Source: Amoeboaphelidium protococcarum X5 (lineage: Eukaryota; Fungi; Aphelidiomycota). From it: DNA of 64,000 nt. Every line of letters begins with the position of its first letter. Position 1 is the stretch's first letter. The DNA lies in contig JALDTO010000181.1 of NCBI GenBank assembly GCA_023515725.1, positions 248,001-312,000 of the forward strand, read 5' to 3'. The notes under the pieces are model-generated. The model ran no database searches. It saw nothing but the letters and a program-made list of their open reading frames with translations, and was not told the origin of the DNA. The translations under genes were made by a program, and so were the position numbers. Positions 27,074-38,903 of the stretch are shown here, in pieces.

Positions 27074-30026
27074 ATGGCTGATACACTGACATCGCAGTAG
27101 TAGCAGGTTGGATAAGACTATTAAGCTGATATAGTTGAGACAGAAGGTGGTGGCAGCTCTTCTCCATAGCAATAGCCTCAATTGGACTAGACACTGCTTT
27201 AGCCAGAGGACCAGAGCATAAACAGCTTTCCATCTAATAGAACAAGTGCATACTATGAGGGAGAGGCTGCAGGCAAGAAGGCTGGCGATTTGTTCTTCAA
27301 CTTCAACACTCAAGATGACGATCCTGAAGAGACGGCCGCTCTGTAGAAAGGCAAGGAGTATTAGGCCACGTATATTGTGAGCGAATCCTCTGGAAAGTTT
27401 CGTGAAGTTATACTGACTGTTAGTCTGAGCGGTATCAGAGTCGCTGAGCCAGCTAATAAGGTATGTTTAAACTTGACTGTTTTCTTATTGATTGAATTAT
27501 CATATGTCATTGTGATGGCGCACTTTTGTGTATGTGTAGAAGAGAACTAGAGACTTTGAGATTGACCAGATTCTGTAGTATTCTTATAATCGCTCTTAGA
27601 ATAGATTCACCTTTGCCTACTTGGAGTCTGATGGAGTTCTGACCAACTACCGCTTCACGTCTAAAGACTTTTTTGATATTCATCAGAGTCTGGGTAGTGC
27701 TATTGCGTTGATGGTCAAGATGAAGGGTGGCGAATTCGAGCAGGGATTCGATCCTTAGCAAGATCAGTAGCAGTAACAGTAGGCTGGCGATAAAGATCAT
27801 GCTGGTCAGAATCTTGCTGTGATCACTGAAGGTGTCGCCGATGTTGAAGTCAGTAATGAAACGGACTAGTCCATTGCAGCTGATGAAAGGAATCATATGC
27901 AAAGCGCAGGTACCGACGGTCAGAGCTAACATTCTGTTGAGGATGGGTCTTCTCCGATGATAGTTCACAGTGGAGATGATGATAACATGAGTATCATGAC
28001 TATGGAGACTCGTGATGACCAATTGGTATCTTAGGACGATGGTACTGATTATACCCAAGGCGCTGAAGGAGATGGAGACTAGGCTGGTGCTGCGGCTAGA
28101 CAATCCAAGGATGGCAAGCGTAAAGGTAATCGTCAAGGCTTTAACAACACTGTCAGAGGCTGGTCTTTATTCAATAGTGGAAGCGTGAGAACTGGTAGTA
28201 AGAAGAGTCCTGCTGAGCTGGGCAGTATCAATGAGACTGATTTGTCAAACTCCACCGCCAGCTCTGATACTATTGCTAGCAAGAATTCCGATAACGTTAC
28301 CAAGAGAGTGAACACTCATGGATCCTCTGCAGATAAGCGTAGAAAGTCAGCCATGGAGCTATTTAAAGGCGGCGACTCCAAGTCTCCAACTAGTCAATTT
28401 CCAGGTATGAGCGATGCTCTAGCTTCTGCAAACTCTATTGATTCAGCCTCGGTGAAGGAGTTATCAATGCCTGCGGTTGATAAAAAGTACGATCAGTATG
28501 GAAGAGAGGTATTGATCAAGAATCTGAAGGGTGGAAAGTATGACATTACCGCTGGTACAGCTGAGGCTTTGGTTGCTAGTCTGGCTGAAGAAGCACCTCC
28601 AGACACGATCTATATCGAAATATTCCTTTTGACTTACAGGCACTTTATGACTCCGGTGCAGTTTATCAAGTTGTTGAGAGATCGCTTTCAGTATTAAGCA
28701 GACACTGCTCAAGCGTCTGCAATCATCAGAGTTCGCGTTGTCAGTGTCTTTAAGAAGTGGGCTGAACGTCATTATTATGACTTTAGATCATAGGAGATGG
28801 TGGATGCGTTTAATGAATTTCTTAATGATATCAATGCGTCGGACTGTGCTAAATATGGTGGTCAGATTAAGAACATTTTGGATGGCGAGGTGGAAAGATC
28901 AAAGACTTTCAAGCCTTTTGAGCGACCTGTTGCGCCACCAGAGGTGAAGAAGCTGATTGATAGCATTGATTTTGTCACTTACTGGTCTCCGAAGAGAATT
29001 GCTTAGGAACTGACTTTGTCTGATTTGAAGCTATTCAGGTAGATTAAACCAGACGAGTTTTGTATCTTTCTTTGGGGAGATAAGAATGATACCAGAATTA
29101 ACAACTTCAACTTTTACATTGAGCGATTCAATCGTATTGGCTTCTGGGTGTCCAGTGTTGTATGTGCATACAAGGATGTGAAGAAGCGTGCTGATGCAAT
29201 TAACAAATTCATTGAGATTATGAAGTACATTCACAAGTTTGCCAATTACGGAACGCTGATGGCTATTATATCAGGATTGAACACCACATCTGTGTCTAGA
29301 CTCAAGAAGACTTGGGAGTTGGTGAATAAGGGAAAGCAGATAAATACGTACAAGGAACTTGAGGCAAAGATGAGTTATCGCGGTAATTTCAAGGCTTACC
29401 GTGAGATTGAAGCGTTCTCTAAGCCACCATTTATCCCTTTCTTTGGTCTATATGTTAAAGATTTGACGTTTATGAATGATGGTAACCAGAAGCATCTTGC
29501 TATGCCTGCCAAGTAGGAGAGTAAGAACCCTGCCGCCGCAGCTGTTGCCGGGCAGAAGAGCGCAGATATTAGTGCTGGTATAAGTCCGGCAACTTCATTG
29601 GCCCCATCTATTTTGAGAAATGTTGATGAAGAATTAGAGTCTACCGCGTCACTGCAAACCAAGTCTTCAGAGGCGTCTGATGCCAAGAGCTCAAGAAATG
29701 CAACAACGTAGGAAGATGTGCCACCTCCAGCGTAGATGATCAATTTTGAAAAGTGTAAAACTATATTTGACAAGATTCACGCCATCCGAGTGTATCAATA
29801 GTCCACATACAAGTTTGAGGATGAGAAGGAAAAGGATGATGGCGGATTCTTCAACTAGCACTACCTGGGTAATGACGCTGATTTGGCTATCTATGTTGGA
29901 TTCCCATATGGTCCTCCATGTATTGATGATGAAAAACTACTGCTGGAGATGAGTCGCGATTGTGAGCCAAGTGAACGCGGTGGCTACGTTGCAAACTCCA
30001 AACCACAGCTCACTACAGCCAAGTGA
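27074..30026 (+). CDS. Ras guanine-nucleotide exchange factor (REM + CDC25) with N-terminal PH/PTB-like region; intron 27461-27539
   Basis: AGTAEALV, FLLTYRHF, IAQELTL, ERFNRIGFWV, MAIISGLN..RLKKTW, PFIPFFGLYVKDLTFMNDGN and INFEK. Confidence 0.92.
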
Positions 30027-30230
30027 ATGAACTCAGTGTCCATAGCACTCAAGATGGTGGCAATTAGAGAGAATAAGGATTTGCCGTGCGTATACATGTA
30101 GTTGTGATGAGAAATAGGAACGGTGATATGATGAAAATAGAAGATTTTGAAAATTTAAAATTTACATATTACTTTTACTTATAACTTTAACACTCGGCCA
30201 TATCTAGGTAGGATACAAAAAAGTAATAGA

Positions 30231-31058
30231 TCATATTTCCTCTTCATGATCATCAGTTAAAGCAACACCACCGCGACTGGCTTCACTTCGACCAAGACTT
30301 GAATATCCACCAGCCGCCGCTCTACGTGAAAACGCGCTCTTGATATTAGCTGCTAAAGATTTCCAAAACTCGGCATTAGGCAACTAGTCCCATCCGCGAT
30401 GACCTTGGCTTCTCCTCTAATACAGACCAATCATCAGGTACGTTGAGAATGCAAGTGCAAATACGAATAGAAGCGTAGAGAAGAACCCCATACCGCGACT
30501 CACATTTGATGAGTTATCTTTCCCACCACCATTAGTAGATGAAGGCGCATTTGAGCCGTAACATCCATACTTTGTCCTCCATTAGAGCAAGTAGACGCAG
30601 CCATCGTCGAACAAATATTTAGGAGAACCAGCGTCGATCGATTTGTCGCAGAGAAATCTAACTATAGTCTTAGATGTATCCCCATTGTTGCATGAGGCTC
30701 CGTTAGCATACTCCAAAAACAGATTACCATTAACCACCGCAAGTTTTTACTTCTCAAGCGAGCCTATAGACATACTCTTCTAACTAGATTTGTCACGAAT
30801 GGCTGCTGCAGAATTCGCCCCCCTTAGCTCTGTGACATTATAGAGTTACTTGCACACATTTAAAAGCAATTCTGAATCCTAAGACTTGGAATTCACCGAG
30901 GATTTAGGCAGTGAAATAACGTAATTTTAATCGCTCTTTGCAAGGCCATTGAGGTCATATTTGGCACCATTGAACTCGACTTTACAATCGGTACCTCCAT
31001 CTGCCAAAACAAATTAATGGAGAAGCACTGAGACTAATAAATGAGCTATAAATTTCAT
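30231..31058 (-). CDS. Mannose-6-phosphate receptor family protein (CD-MPR/Mrl1/Atg27-like)
   Basis: Signal peptide, MRH domain (YDLNGL, LNVC, YANGASC, FLCD, CVYLLQWRTKYGC), TM, GWDQLPNAEFW and a YSSL sorting motif. Confidence 0.85.
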
Positions 31059-31322
31059 AATGATCACTGATCTCTCTACAAGTTACTGTACTACCGCAAA
31101 CTACTGTATATGTTTAACTTTCTTCTGCGGACGACTCTGCTCTCAAAGGAAAGCTTACGCGCGATCATCGTCGCCTTTGGTTGAAACGGTCAGTGTCTCT
31201 TCGCTAGTCATATGGTTGGTTACACTGTACTGTACGTATAAAGTCAAGATGTAACTCGCTTAGTTGATAGCAGCTGATGGTATAAAATGATAATTATCAA
31301 TATGATTTTATTAGACAGACAT

Positions 31323-31685
31323 TCATTTTTATTCAAGCAAGTCGCCAAAGTATATGTTTGCATCTTGATGGACAATTTTTATACGCCCAGGTTATCCCAT
31401 GTTGAAATCCATAATTTATCGCTGCCTTTTCTCTGACGGAAGGAGATTAGATGCCATGTTCGATACATTGTCAACTCCATATTGTCTTGATCGTGATGAC
31501 TGAACAATGTTGTTAGTGTGATTAATGGAACCTCTGGGTGTCATTGAACGCTTCTGCTACGTTCCTGAGACCGGAGATGCCAACTCTTGACTACCTATTA
31601 ACATTCCAGACTCGTCTTAAATAATATCTAAATCAGCCGTAGATGCACTATCCGAGTCAATTTCCAACATAGGATGCGCACTCAT
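31323..31685 (-). CDS. Small disordered protein, 120 aa
   Basis: Clean ATG..TGA ORF. C-terminal VHQDANIYFGDLLE weakly recalls the CSNAP/CSN9 tail. Confidence 0.5.
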
Positions 31686-32630
31686 TCCCACTCAGTTTAA
31701 ATGTTGACGTTAAACAATAAATCGATTTAAAAGCGGATCTTGGAGAAGTTTTCGCGGATAGAATTCTCGCTTTCTTCTAAAGTTGCGACACTAAGCCTCT
31801 GTTCTACCAATTATTTTCCCACCATCTGGGCTAAATCGAATACTTTTATCTTTACATGGATCGCTAAATTGGCGGCGATAATTAATAAAAAATTAAAAGG
31901 GTTTCAAAGAGTAAATCAAACATAGTATCACTCGTTTAATATGAATGTGAAAGCGTGAAAGACAAGGTGATATGCGTTCCGTTCGTTCGAAAGTTTTTAA
32001 GGTATGTTGACGTGGCTCCCTTTTATTATAATTCTAAGTATTGATGACTATACTTCTAATGTAGACTAGCGGGAGATAAAATCCAAGAACTGCCTTAATC
32101 TAGTTCTGCAAGTTGATATTATTAAGCACAGTATACAATGGACCTTGCTTGATTTTGCGAGATCGCATCCGTCAATTTAAAATAGAATATGCACAGTAGA
32201 TTTATGGTTGTATATTCTTTATTCTCTGCTTGCATTGTTTTATTAAATTGTTAGAGTACAAAATATGTATTTACACGCGTCATTGGGCGAAACTTCACTG
32301 ACATGTTTCGATTAAAGGCAGTCTATACTCATGATTACCCCAACTCATTAATCGAAATTGACGCTGTTCTTTCAACCAAGAAAGATTTGGAGAATTTTGA
32401 GGCAAACTGAGATTTTGAGACGAACGAGTCGGACTGCAGAGCAGATTGAGTTGGTAATAGAGGTGTGTTGCTTGTAAAAGAGATGACGCGTCTGAAACGT
32501 GATATTGTTTTGTTATACGCGTCTCTCTCTTTTCTCTCTCTTTACTGTAACGCAGGCTTCTTATTTCAAAACTATATATTTACTTTATCTATCCTGTAAA
32601 ATTGTTAATAGTTTCTTTAATTACAGAAGA

Positions 32631-34496
32631 ATGAAGATCGAGGATGTCAATTTGTTGGTTGTTGGTGCTGGTGGAATTGGATGCGAATTGTTGAAGAATC
32701 TTGTACTTGCTGGCTTCCCTTAAATGACTGTGGTGGATCTGGATACGATTGACTTGTCTAATTTGAACAGATAATTTCTATTTAGATATTATCATATAAA
32801 GTAGAGTAAATCTAAGGTGGCATGTGAGGCTGTGAAGGCCTTTGCTCATCCTTCTCTTCGGTCAAAATTGAATATCGAAGCTCTGCATGCGAACATTATA
32901 ACTGATCCTCGATTTACCGTTGAATTTTTCTCCCAATTTGATATTATCATCAATGCTTTAGACAATCTGGAAGCGAGGAGTCATGTCAATAGAATGGCTG
33001 TTGTATGTAATAAGCCATTGATTGAATCTGGTACAGCTGGTCTTAATGGATAGGCTACTGCGCACATTCCTGGAATCACACAGTGCTTTGACTGTGTTCC
33101 AAAGACTCCTGATACTAAATCTTTCGCTGTATGCACCATTAGAAGTACTCCAAGTCTTCCTATTCATTGTATTGTCTGGGCCAAGAGCTGGCTGTTTAAT
33201 GTCCTGTTTGGAGAGTCATCCGAGTCTTAGGCTGCTGGAGGTGATGGTTTTAATAATGAAGATGATAACGCTGAGGAGTTGGTACAATTGTAACAGGAGT
33301 AACAAGAGTTGTCCCAGTTGAGATAGTTTCTTTTGTCTGAAGATGGTGTTTCTTCTTAGGAGGATGGTAAATTGATTGAACATCTTTACTCTTAGAGCGT
33401 ATTTGACAAAATCTTTGATAAAGATGTCCGTAGAGTTGCCTCTGTTGACGAGATGTGGAAAAAACCTGGAAGAGTTAGACCGGTCCCATTGTCTGCTCAA
33501 GATCTTAAGACGGACAAAAATAATATTGTTAGTAATACTAAAGCTGATAATACTAGCCGTGATGTCGATGATGAACATTCAGTGTGGTCTTTGTAAAGAA
33601 ACTATGCCGTGTTCATTGAAAGTTGTTCCAAGTTGGCGCTTAGATTTAAAGACGACAATAGTGAAAGTTTAGATTTTGACAAGGATGATGAAGATGCAAT
33701 GAGGTTTGTGACTGCTGCATCTAATCTGAGATCTCATATCTATCACATCAAGCCATAAAAGAGCTTGTTTGAAGCCAAGTAAATGGCTGGCAACATTATA
33801 CCTGCCGTTGCATCTTCCAATGCAATTGTAGCTGCTTTTCAGACCAGTATGGCTTTGAAGATTGCAGATAAACTTGAGAAGGGAGTGGGTTTGCAATAAT
33901 GTTTGAAAAGCTTTATGTCCACTTCCGCAATTAAAAAGGTTTATTTGAGCTACGAAGGAAAGCACTGGTTATAGCCTGATCAACTTGAATCACCTGCAAA
34001 AGATTGCGCTGTTTGCAGTTCCCACAAGGTTCAGTATTAAATCCTGCAGTTGGATTGCCCAAACATCGAATTGAGTACGTTGGTCGAAGCTATGCGCAAG
34101 TCAATGGGTGGTAGTGACATTTCTATCAGTACATCTGCTGGTTCTCTATTGTATGATGAAGATTTTGACGATAATCTGGAGAAGGCTTTGAAAGATTTCA
34201 TGCCAAAGCAGAGTCAATAACTCGTGTTGAACATTCAAGATGATGATGAAATTTTTACTCCTCTCTAGCTCTTTGTCATTGATGGTGCTGGTGTTTAAGC
34301 TGATAAAATAGCGTTTAGTCCGTTGCTCAAAAGGCCTTTCGTCGTGTCCAATAAACGCCGCCGTTCAGGCAGCGACGAAGATGAAGCACCTCAAGGGGAT
34401 GGTTCCAATGTTGAGAGCTCTGGTTCACATCAATAAAAGAAGGCGAAAGTTGAAATCGTTATTGACGATAGCGATGCTATAGTATTTGACGAGTGA
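32631..34496 (+). CDS. UBA2: SUMO-activating enzyme subunit 2
   Basis: [34 protein letters not shown], catalytic [23 protein letters not shown] and AGNIIPA. Confidence 0.95.
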
Positions 34497-34875
34497 AGTT
34501 GCCGTTGTAATTCAATGTACTAGCTTACTGTATATGATTCTCATGGATAGCGAAATGGTTTTGCATGCTCTGTCTGAAACGAACGCGCGCGCTCAAGCGA
34601 GCGAGCCGATGTTTTCAGCGACTCTCGCGATAGTTTCAGATCTTGAATCAATTATTTACGGCCTATCTTAATGACTTTATCATGTAATCCACATAATATT
34701 TACATCAGCATAAAGCTTACATTCTGAAACGCTCCATAATGAAATAGCCATGTAAATCGAACCAGATCTGGCCGAGTTGACTCCAGAGGCCTCAATTATT
34801 CAAAGGCGAGGCCTCGTTTCACAAGTCCGCGATTGAGTAAACAATGAGATTTCACAACTCCACAATTCTCACATC

Positions 34876-34876
<1 letters not shown>

Positions 34877-34906
<30 letters not shown>

Positions 34907-34934
34907 CTTCTTCTTCTTCTTCTTCTTCTTCTTC
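34877..34934. repeat. (CTT)19 / (GAA)19 microsatellite
   Basis: Perfect trinucleotide run read directly from the sequence. Confidence 0.97.
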
Positions 34935-35620
34935 AAACAACTCTTGCTAGATAATACAATCCAACATTATCATACTCTGATAGTTGGTATCTACTGGTCT
35001 ATCTTTTCTCTGGTATGTTTCTCTCTCATTGCAACTCTGCTACTACTGTTGTATTCTCAAGCTTCTACTGAGTCCTCTCTGAAACTGTTCTGCATTACCT
35101 TCATGACTCTGTTTGAACTGCTCCGGTCTTGAACTGCTACAAATTCTAGCTTACTATATGGATCTACTTCTGGTTGCTTCACTTTCTTTGGCTTGACTGT
35201 ATCGCTGCTGTCTCTTCCATCCACCTCTAAGTCTGCGGTAAGCTTGTTGTTTCAGTCCCGCCTCTATCTGCTTATGTCTTTGGCTTGATGTACTGCATCT
35301 ACTGTATGCTGCTTAATCCTTTAACAATGGTCCAATTGCTGTGCTTACTCGGTACGCTTATCTTTCAGTTATCACTTTTTGTAGTGTTCTTTCATTACAG
35401 GTGATATGTGTATCACAGTGCGTAAGATGTCTGCTCTATGTTCTCCAGTTATAGGACTCTATGATCTGATAATACCTCGTTCTCCTTGCTGATTATGGTT
35501 GTGTCGCAAGTCTTAGTTCCTTTGTAACATCTTAATGATGTCACAATGTCCCTCTTGCTCTCTGCCGTTGTATGTCGGTTCCCTGATCTGATCTCTATGA
35601 TACCTTAGAGTAAAGTCGCT
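34877..35620 (-). mobile_element. Probable degenerate non-LTR retrotransposon fragment
   Basis: A-rich minus strand with a broken frame containing HTTAESKRDIV...LSDHRVL (AP-endonuclease SDH-like motif at 35461-35469), several TGA stops and a terminal (GAA)n tail. No RT motif or TSD seen. Confidence 0.4.
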
Positions 35621-35651
35621 ACTCTAAGAAGTTTGCAACAAAGACGACGAC

Positions 35652-35780
35652 AGCACGATTACTAAAGGTGCATAAAAAATATATAAAAAAGAACTAGATT
35701 AGCACGATAACTTACGGTGTCTAATTAAAGTAGCAAGACTTAAGTCTCTACTAGCACGATAATCTGCGGTGCATAAAAAA
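35652..35780 (+). repeat. Three copies of AGCACGATWA-N5-GGTG at 35652, 35701 and 35753
   Basis: Starts are 49 and 52 nt apart. Copies 1 and 3 continue as GGTGCATAAAAAA and carry a GCAC/GTGC dyad. Confidence 0.85.
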
Positions 35781-35787
35781 TCTGGCC

Positions 35788-36034
35788 AAATGGACCTTAA
35801 TGGTACCATTTCCCACAACAAATGGGAGCGACTGGGCCCGAGCTGACTGCATGGTGAAACCTCGAATCTGTTACTCTTCACTGACCGTCTCAATGTTTTA
35901 GGCTAGTAAGTGGGACTGTCGCCGGGTAAGGGGAGCGTTCAGTTAAATTCACTGTTCGTAAAACCTTCTGGCCCAGAGATGACAGGTGGATCCCTGGTAG
36001 CAGTTCGGGTCTGGGTAGTGCCTTTGCACTATTT
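35788..36034 (+). ncRNA. Unidentified structured RNA candidate, about 250 nt
   Basis: GC-rich island with nested helices: 35832-35845/36001-36014, 35866-35877/35975-35987, two inner hairpins, two 5' hairpins and a 3' hairpin. Many G-U pairs point to the plus strand. Confidence 0.6.
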
Positions 36035-36202
36035 AATACTTAATGGAATGATTTTATATATTGTACTTCATTCCAAATATTCTTCTATGCTTGTGTCTTT
36101 CTCTTTCTTTACTTGTTGTAACTTGAGTAGTCGCTTGGTTGTGAATAGCATCTTTTTCATCAATCGTTTATACCTTTTCAAACAACTACGAGATTGATTG
36201 TC

Positions 36203-37720
36203 ATGCTTCGTCAGATTGTAGCGCGTCACAGGTCGCGTGTATCACTAAGAAATGTAGATAATGCTTTAAATACAGTAAACCTCAAGTAGAATTACTCAGT
36301 TGCATCCTTCCGTAGTCTGAATTTAGATCCTGCGATATTGGCCACTTTAGCCACAAATGATATTCTGATACCAACTGAAATTTAGTCAAAATGCATCGGT
36401 CCGCTGCTGAATAAGGAGAATGCTATCGTATTGGCTGAATGTGGCAGTGGAAAGACACTAGCAGTCTTACTACCTCTTTTATAGAATTTACTTTAATTAA
36501 AGGGAGTTTCATTAGCTGGGGACAAGTATCAGATGCGATCTCTATTCATATCTCCGAATAATTAGTTGGCGCGTCAAGTCGCTGGTGTTGTTAATAAATT
36601 TGCTCCTGCTCTTGGGCTTAGTAGTAAGCTTTTAATTAATGAGGACTTTGAAGACTCTGGTAGTTTATATCTGCCAACTTAAACTGATTTAGTCATTTCT
36701 ACATTTTAGACGCTTCACACGGTGTAACACTTGCATAAATAGCTCTTCTCTCAACTTCAGCACCTGGTAGTGGACGAAGTAGATTTAATGTTTGGTGATG
36801 GCGAACGTTCGAAATCATATAGTCCGGTGACAACGTTCAGCAATATTCTGAAGTTCTCAAAATAATAATCATAGAATCGTGGCTAATCTAATCTGTAATG
36901 CATATTCGCGTGTGCGACTCTTCCTAAAAGATTGGTGTCTGCTGACTCAATAGTATCATCAAAGATTCGCGATGTTAAAATCATTAGTAGTTCCAATTAT
37001 CACCGATTTCCTTCGTCACTTAGGCAGGAGTTTATTTAAATATCCTCGTCTTAATCTGATGGATCCGCTGATGTTCAATTCAACTCTGCTGAGGTATTTC
37101 AGCTCAAAATCAAGGAGCTCATGAATATCATACGCGAAAATGCCACCGGATAAAAAATGCTGGTATTCTGTAACTCTGTAAGTTAAGTGGACAAAGTTCA
37201 TTAATAGCTCGGCGTAAAGTTGTAAGAATCACCAGCGTTGGCTAATATTACCGTGGATCGAATACACTCCAGGATTCAAAAAAGTTAAAAGTCTACTGTA
37301 CTTTAGCGCTTTGTGGATTCTCTCGTGAAAGAGACTAGTCCAAGTTAGATTATCGTCACTGGAGACGTGCTATCTCGCGGTGTGGACTTTGATAAGTAGA
37401 TTAGTAAAGTGGTGCAATTCGATTTTGCTACCAATGCCATTAATTACATGCATAGAGCAGGGAGAACTGCGCGCGCCAACAGGGAAGGAGAGCTGATTAG
37501 CTTCGTTACTGATGATGACAAGAATCTAGCTAAGTTTGTCATGGCTTATGTTGATTAGTAATAATAGAAAACATCAAGCGGTGAAAAGCCTCAACCAGCA
37601 GTAGATGAAAGTGCTGACAATTACAGAGGATTTGAAAAACTGTTCAGCCGAAAGAGATCATTAAGAGATAGTGTCAAGAGAAAAGAGAAGAAAGCTTTGA
37701 TTACAGATATAACTGCATGA
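36203..37720 (+). CDS. DEAD-box RNA helicase, probably mitochondrial (Mrh4/DDX28-like)
   Basis: Presequence-like N-terminus, PTEIQ, AECGSGKT, DEVD, CAT, SRGVD and HRAGRTAR. Confidence 0.88.
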
Positions 37721-37772
37721 ATTGAGATAATAAATACTTTATAGATCAGATTCCATATTGAATTATGCTTTC

Positions 37773-38681
37773 TCAGAATTCATGACGCGCCTATCCAACT
37801 AAAGAGTCTGAGAATGACTATTACATCTTTTTCTGCTAATTCTTCCTCTTATTCTACCGTTTGATGCTCTGCTCTTATTCATCATCGGAAAATTCAGCTT
37901 CGTTCGCGCCAACTTCTTCATCGTAAAGATTACTCGCATCAGATCCTTTAATCTGCTTCAACTGTTCTGTCATTATCGGCTTCACGTTATCAGGACAGGA
38001 GTAAACCATAGCGCCAACTACGCATCTCCCAAGATCAAAATCTGCAGTAGTATTGAACTTAATAGAGTACAGCGGCTATGTGATGGGTCCAAATGTATCA
38101 AAGATGAGGCCGAGAACAGTGCGATCAGCAAACGCCAACAATGTTCCCTCATCAAGTGGCAACTGACCACTTAGGCCATCCATCGCACGCCCCTGAACCA
38201 CCACTGTATCATCAACCACGGCGAGGATCTAGCCCACGGGATATAGCAAGTAATTTTGCGGTAACTGTTTTATTGGCAGAGGCGGTATTTCAATTTTGTC
38301 AACTTCATGACGCGTCCTGGGTATAAATTTTGCATCTGGAGAGTCCTCATCATCCATCTCACCTGAATTAATGATCGCATTTCTGCCATGAGATGCGCCA
38401 TCGCCAACTACTTGACCTTCTTCGAGAATTACATCTTGTTCATCATCATCATCATCGGATATAGAGATATCACTTTCGCTATCATCTATAACAGTAGCAT
38501 TCGGTAAATGTTTACTTATCAACTGATCAAGACTCTTCTTTGACTGCAAGTAGGAGGCCAGTGATATCCTCTACGCATCCTTATTCACTTCTTCAATCTT
38601 TGGAGCAGCAGAAGCGATTTCTCTACTCTCATGAAGATTTATTTAATCTATCAATTACTACGCAATAAACTAAAGATCCAT
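37773..38681 (-). CDS. NAF1: H/ACA snoRNP assembly factor Naf1
   Basis: RTRHE, LDEGTLL, DTFGPITQPLYSIKF and KGSDASNLYDEEV..EFSDDE. Confidence 0.93.
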
Positions 38682-38903
38682 TCTTATTAACTTTTATCAA
38701 TAACTGCTCAATGGACAATTAAAACTAAATTTTTTGACACGATTTCGCACAAGATCAGGAGGCAAAGCATTTACTGGAATTTCAGTCCATACAGACCCTG
38801 AAAGTAAAATTTTAATATAAATATGATATTCAGAGGTAAAGAAGATATGATAATGAACAATTATGAGTGCTGACTACAAAATCATCTATTAGTTCAAAAT
38901 TCT

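Noticed and set aside
31690-32304. About 200-codon TGA-free minus-strand frame
   Set aside because: No motif, and long open frames are expected by chance with a single stop codon.
35652-35780. CRISPR-like array or Helitron 3' ends
   Set aside because: Only three degenerate units with variable cores in a eukaryote, with no cas or Rep/helicase gene. The hairpin overlaps rather than precedes the CTRR. Kept as an unexplained motif.
35788-36034. Assignment of the structured element to SRP, U3, RNase P/MRP or telomerase RNA
   Set aside because: Diagnostic motifs were not found in the expected positions, so it is left unassigned.
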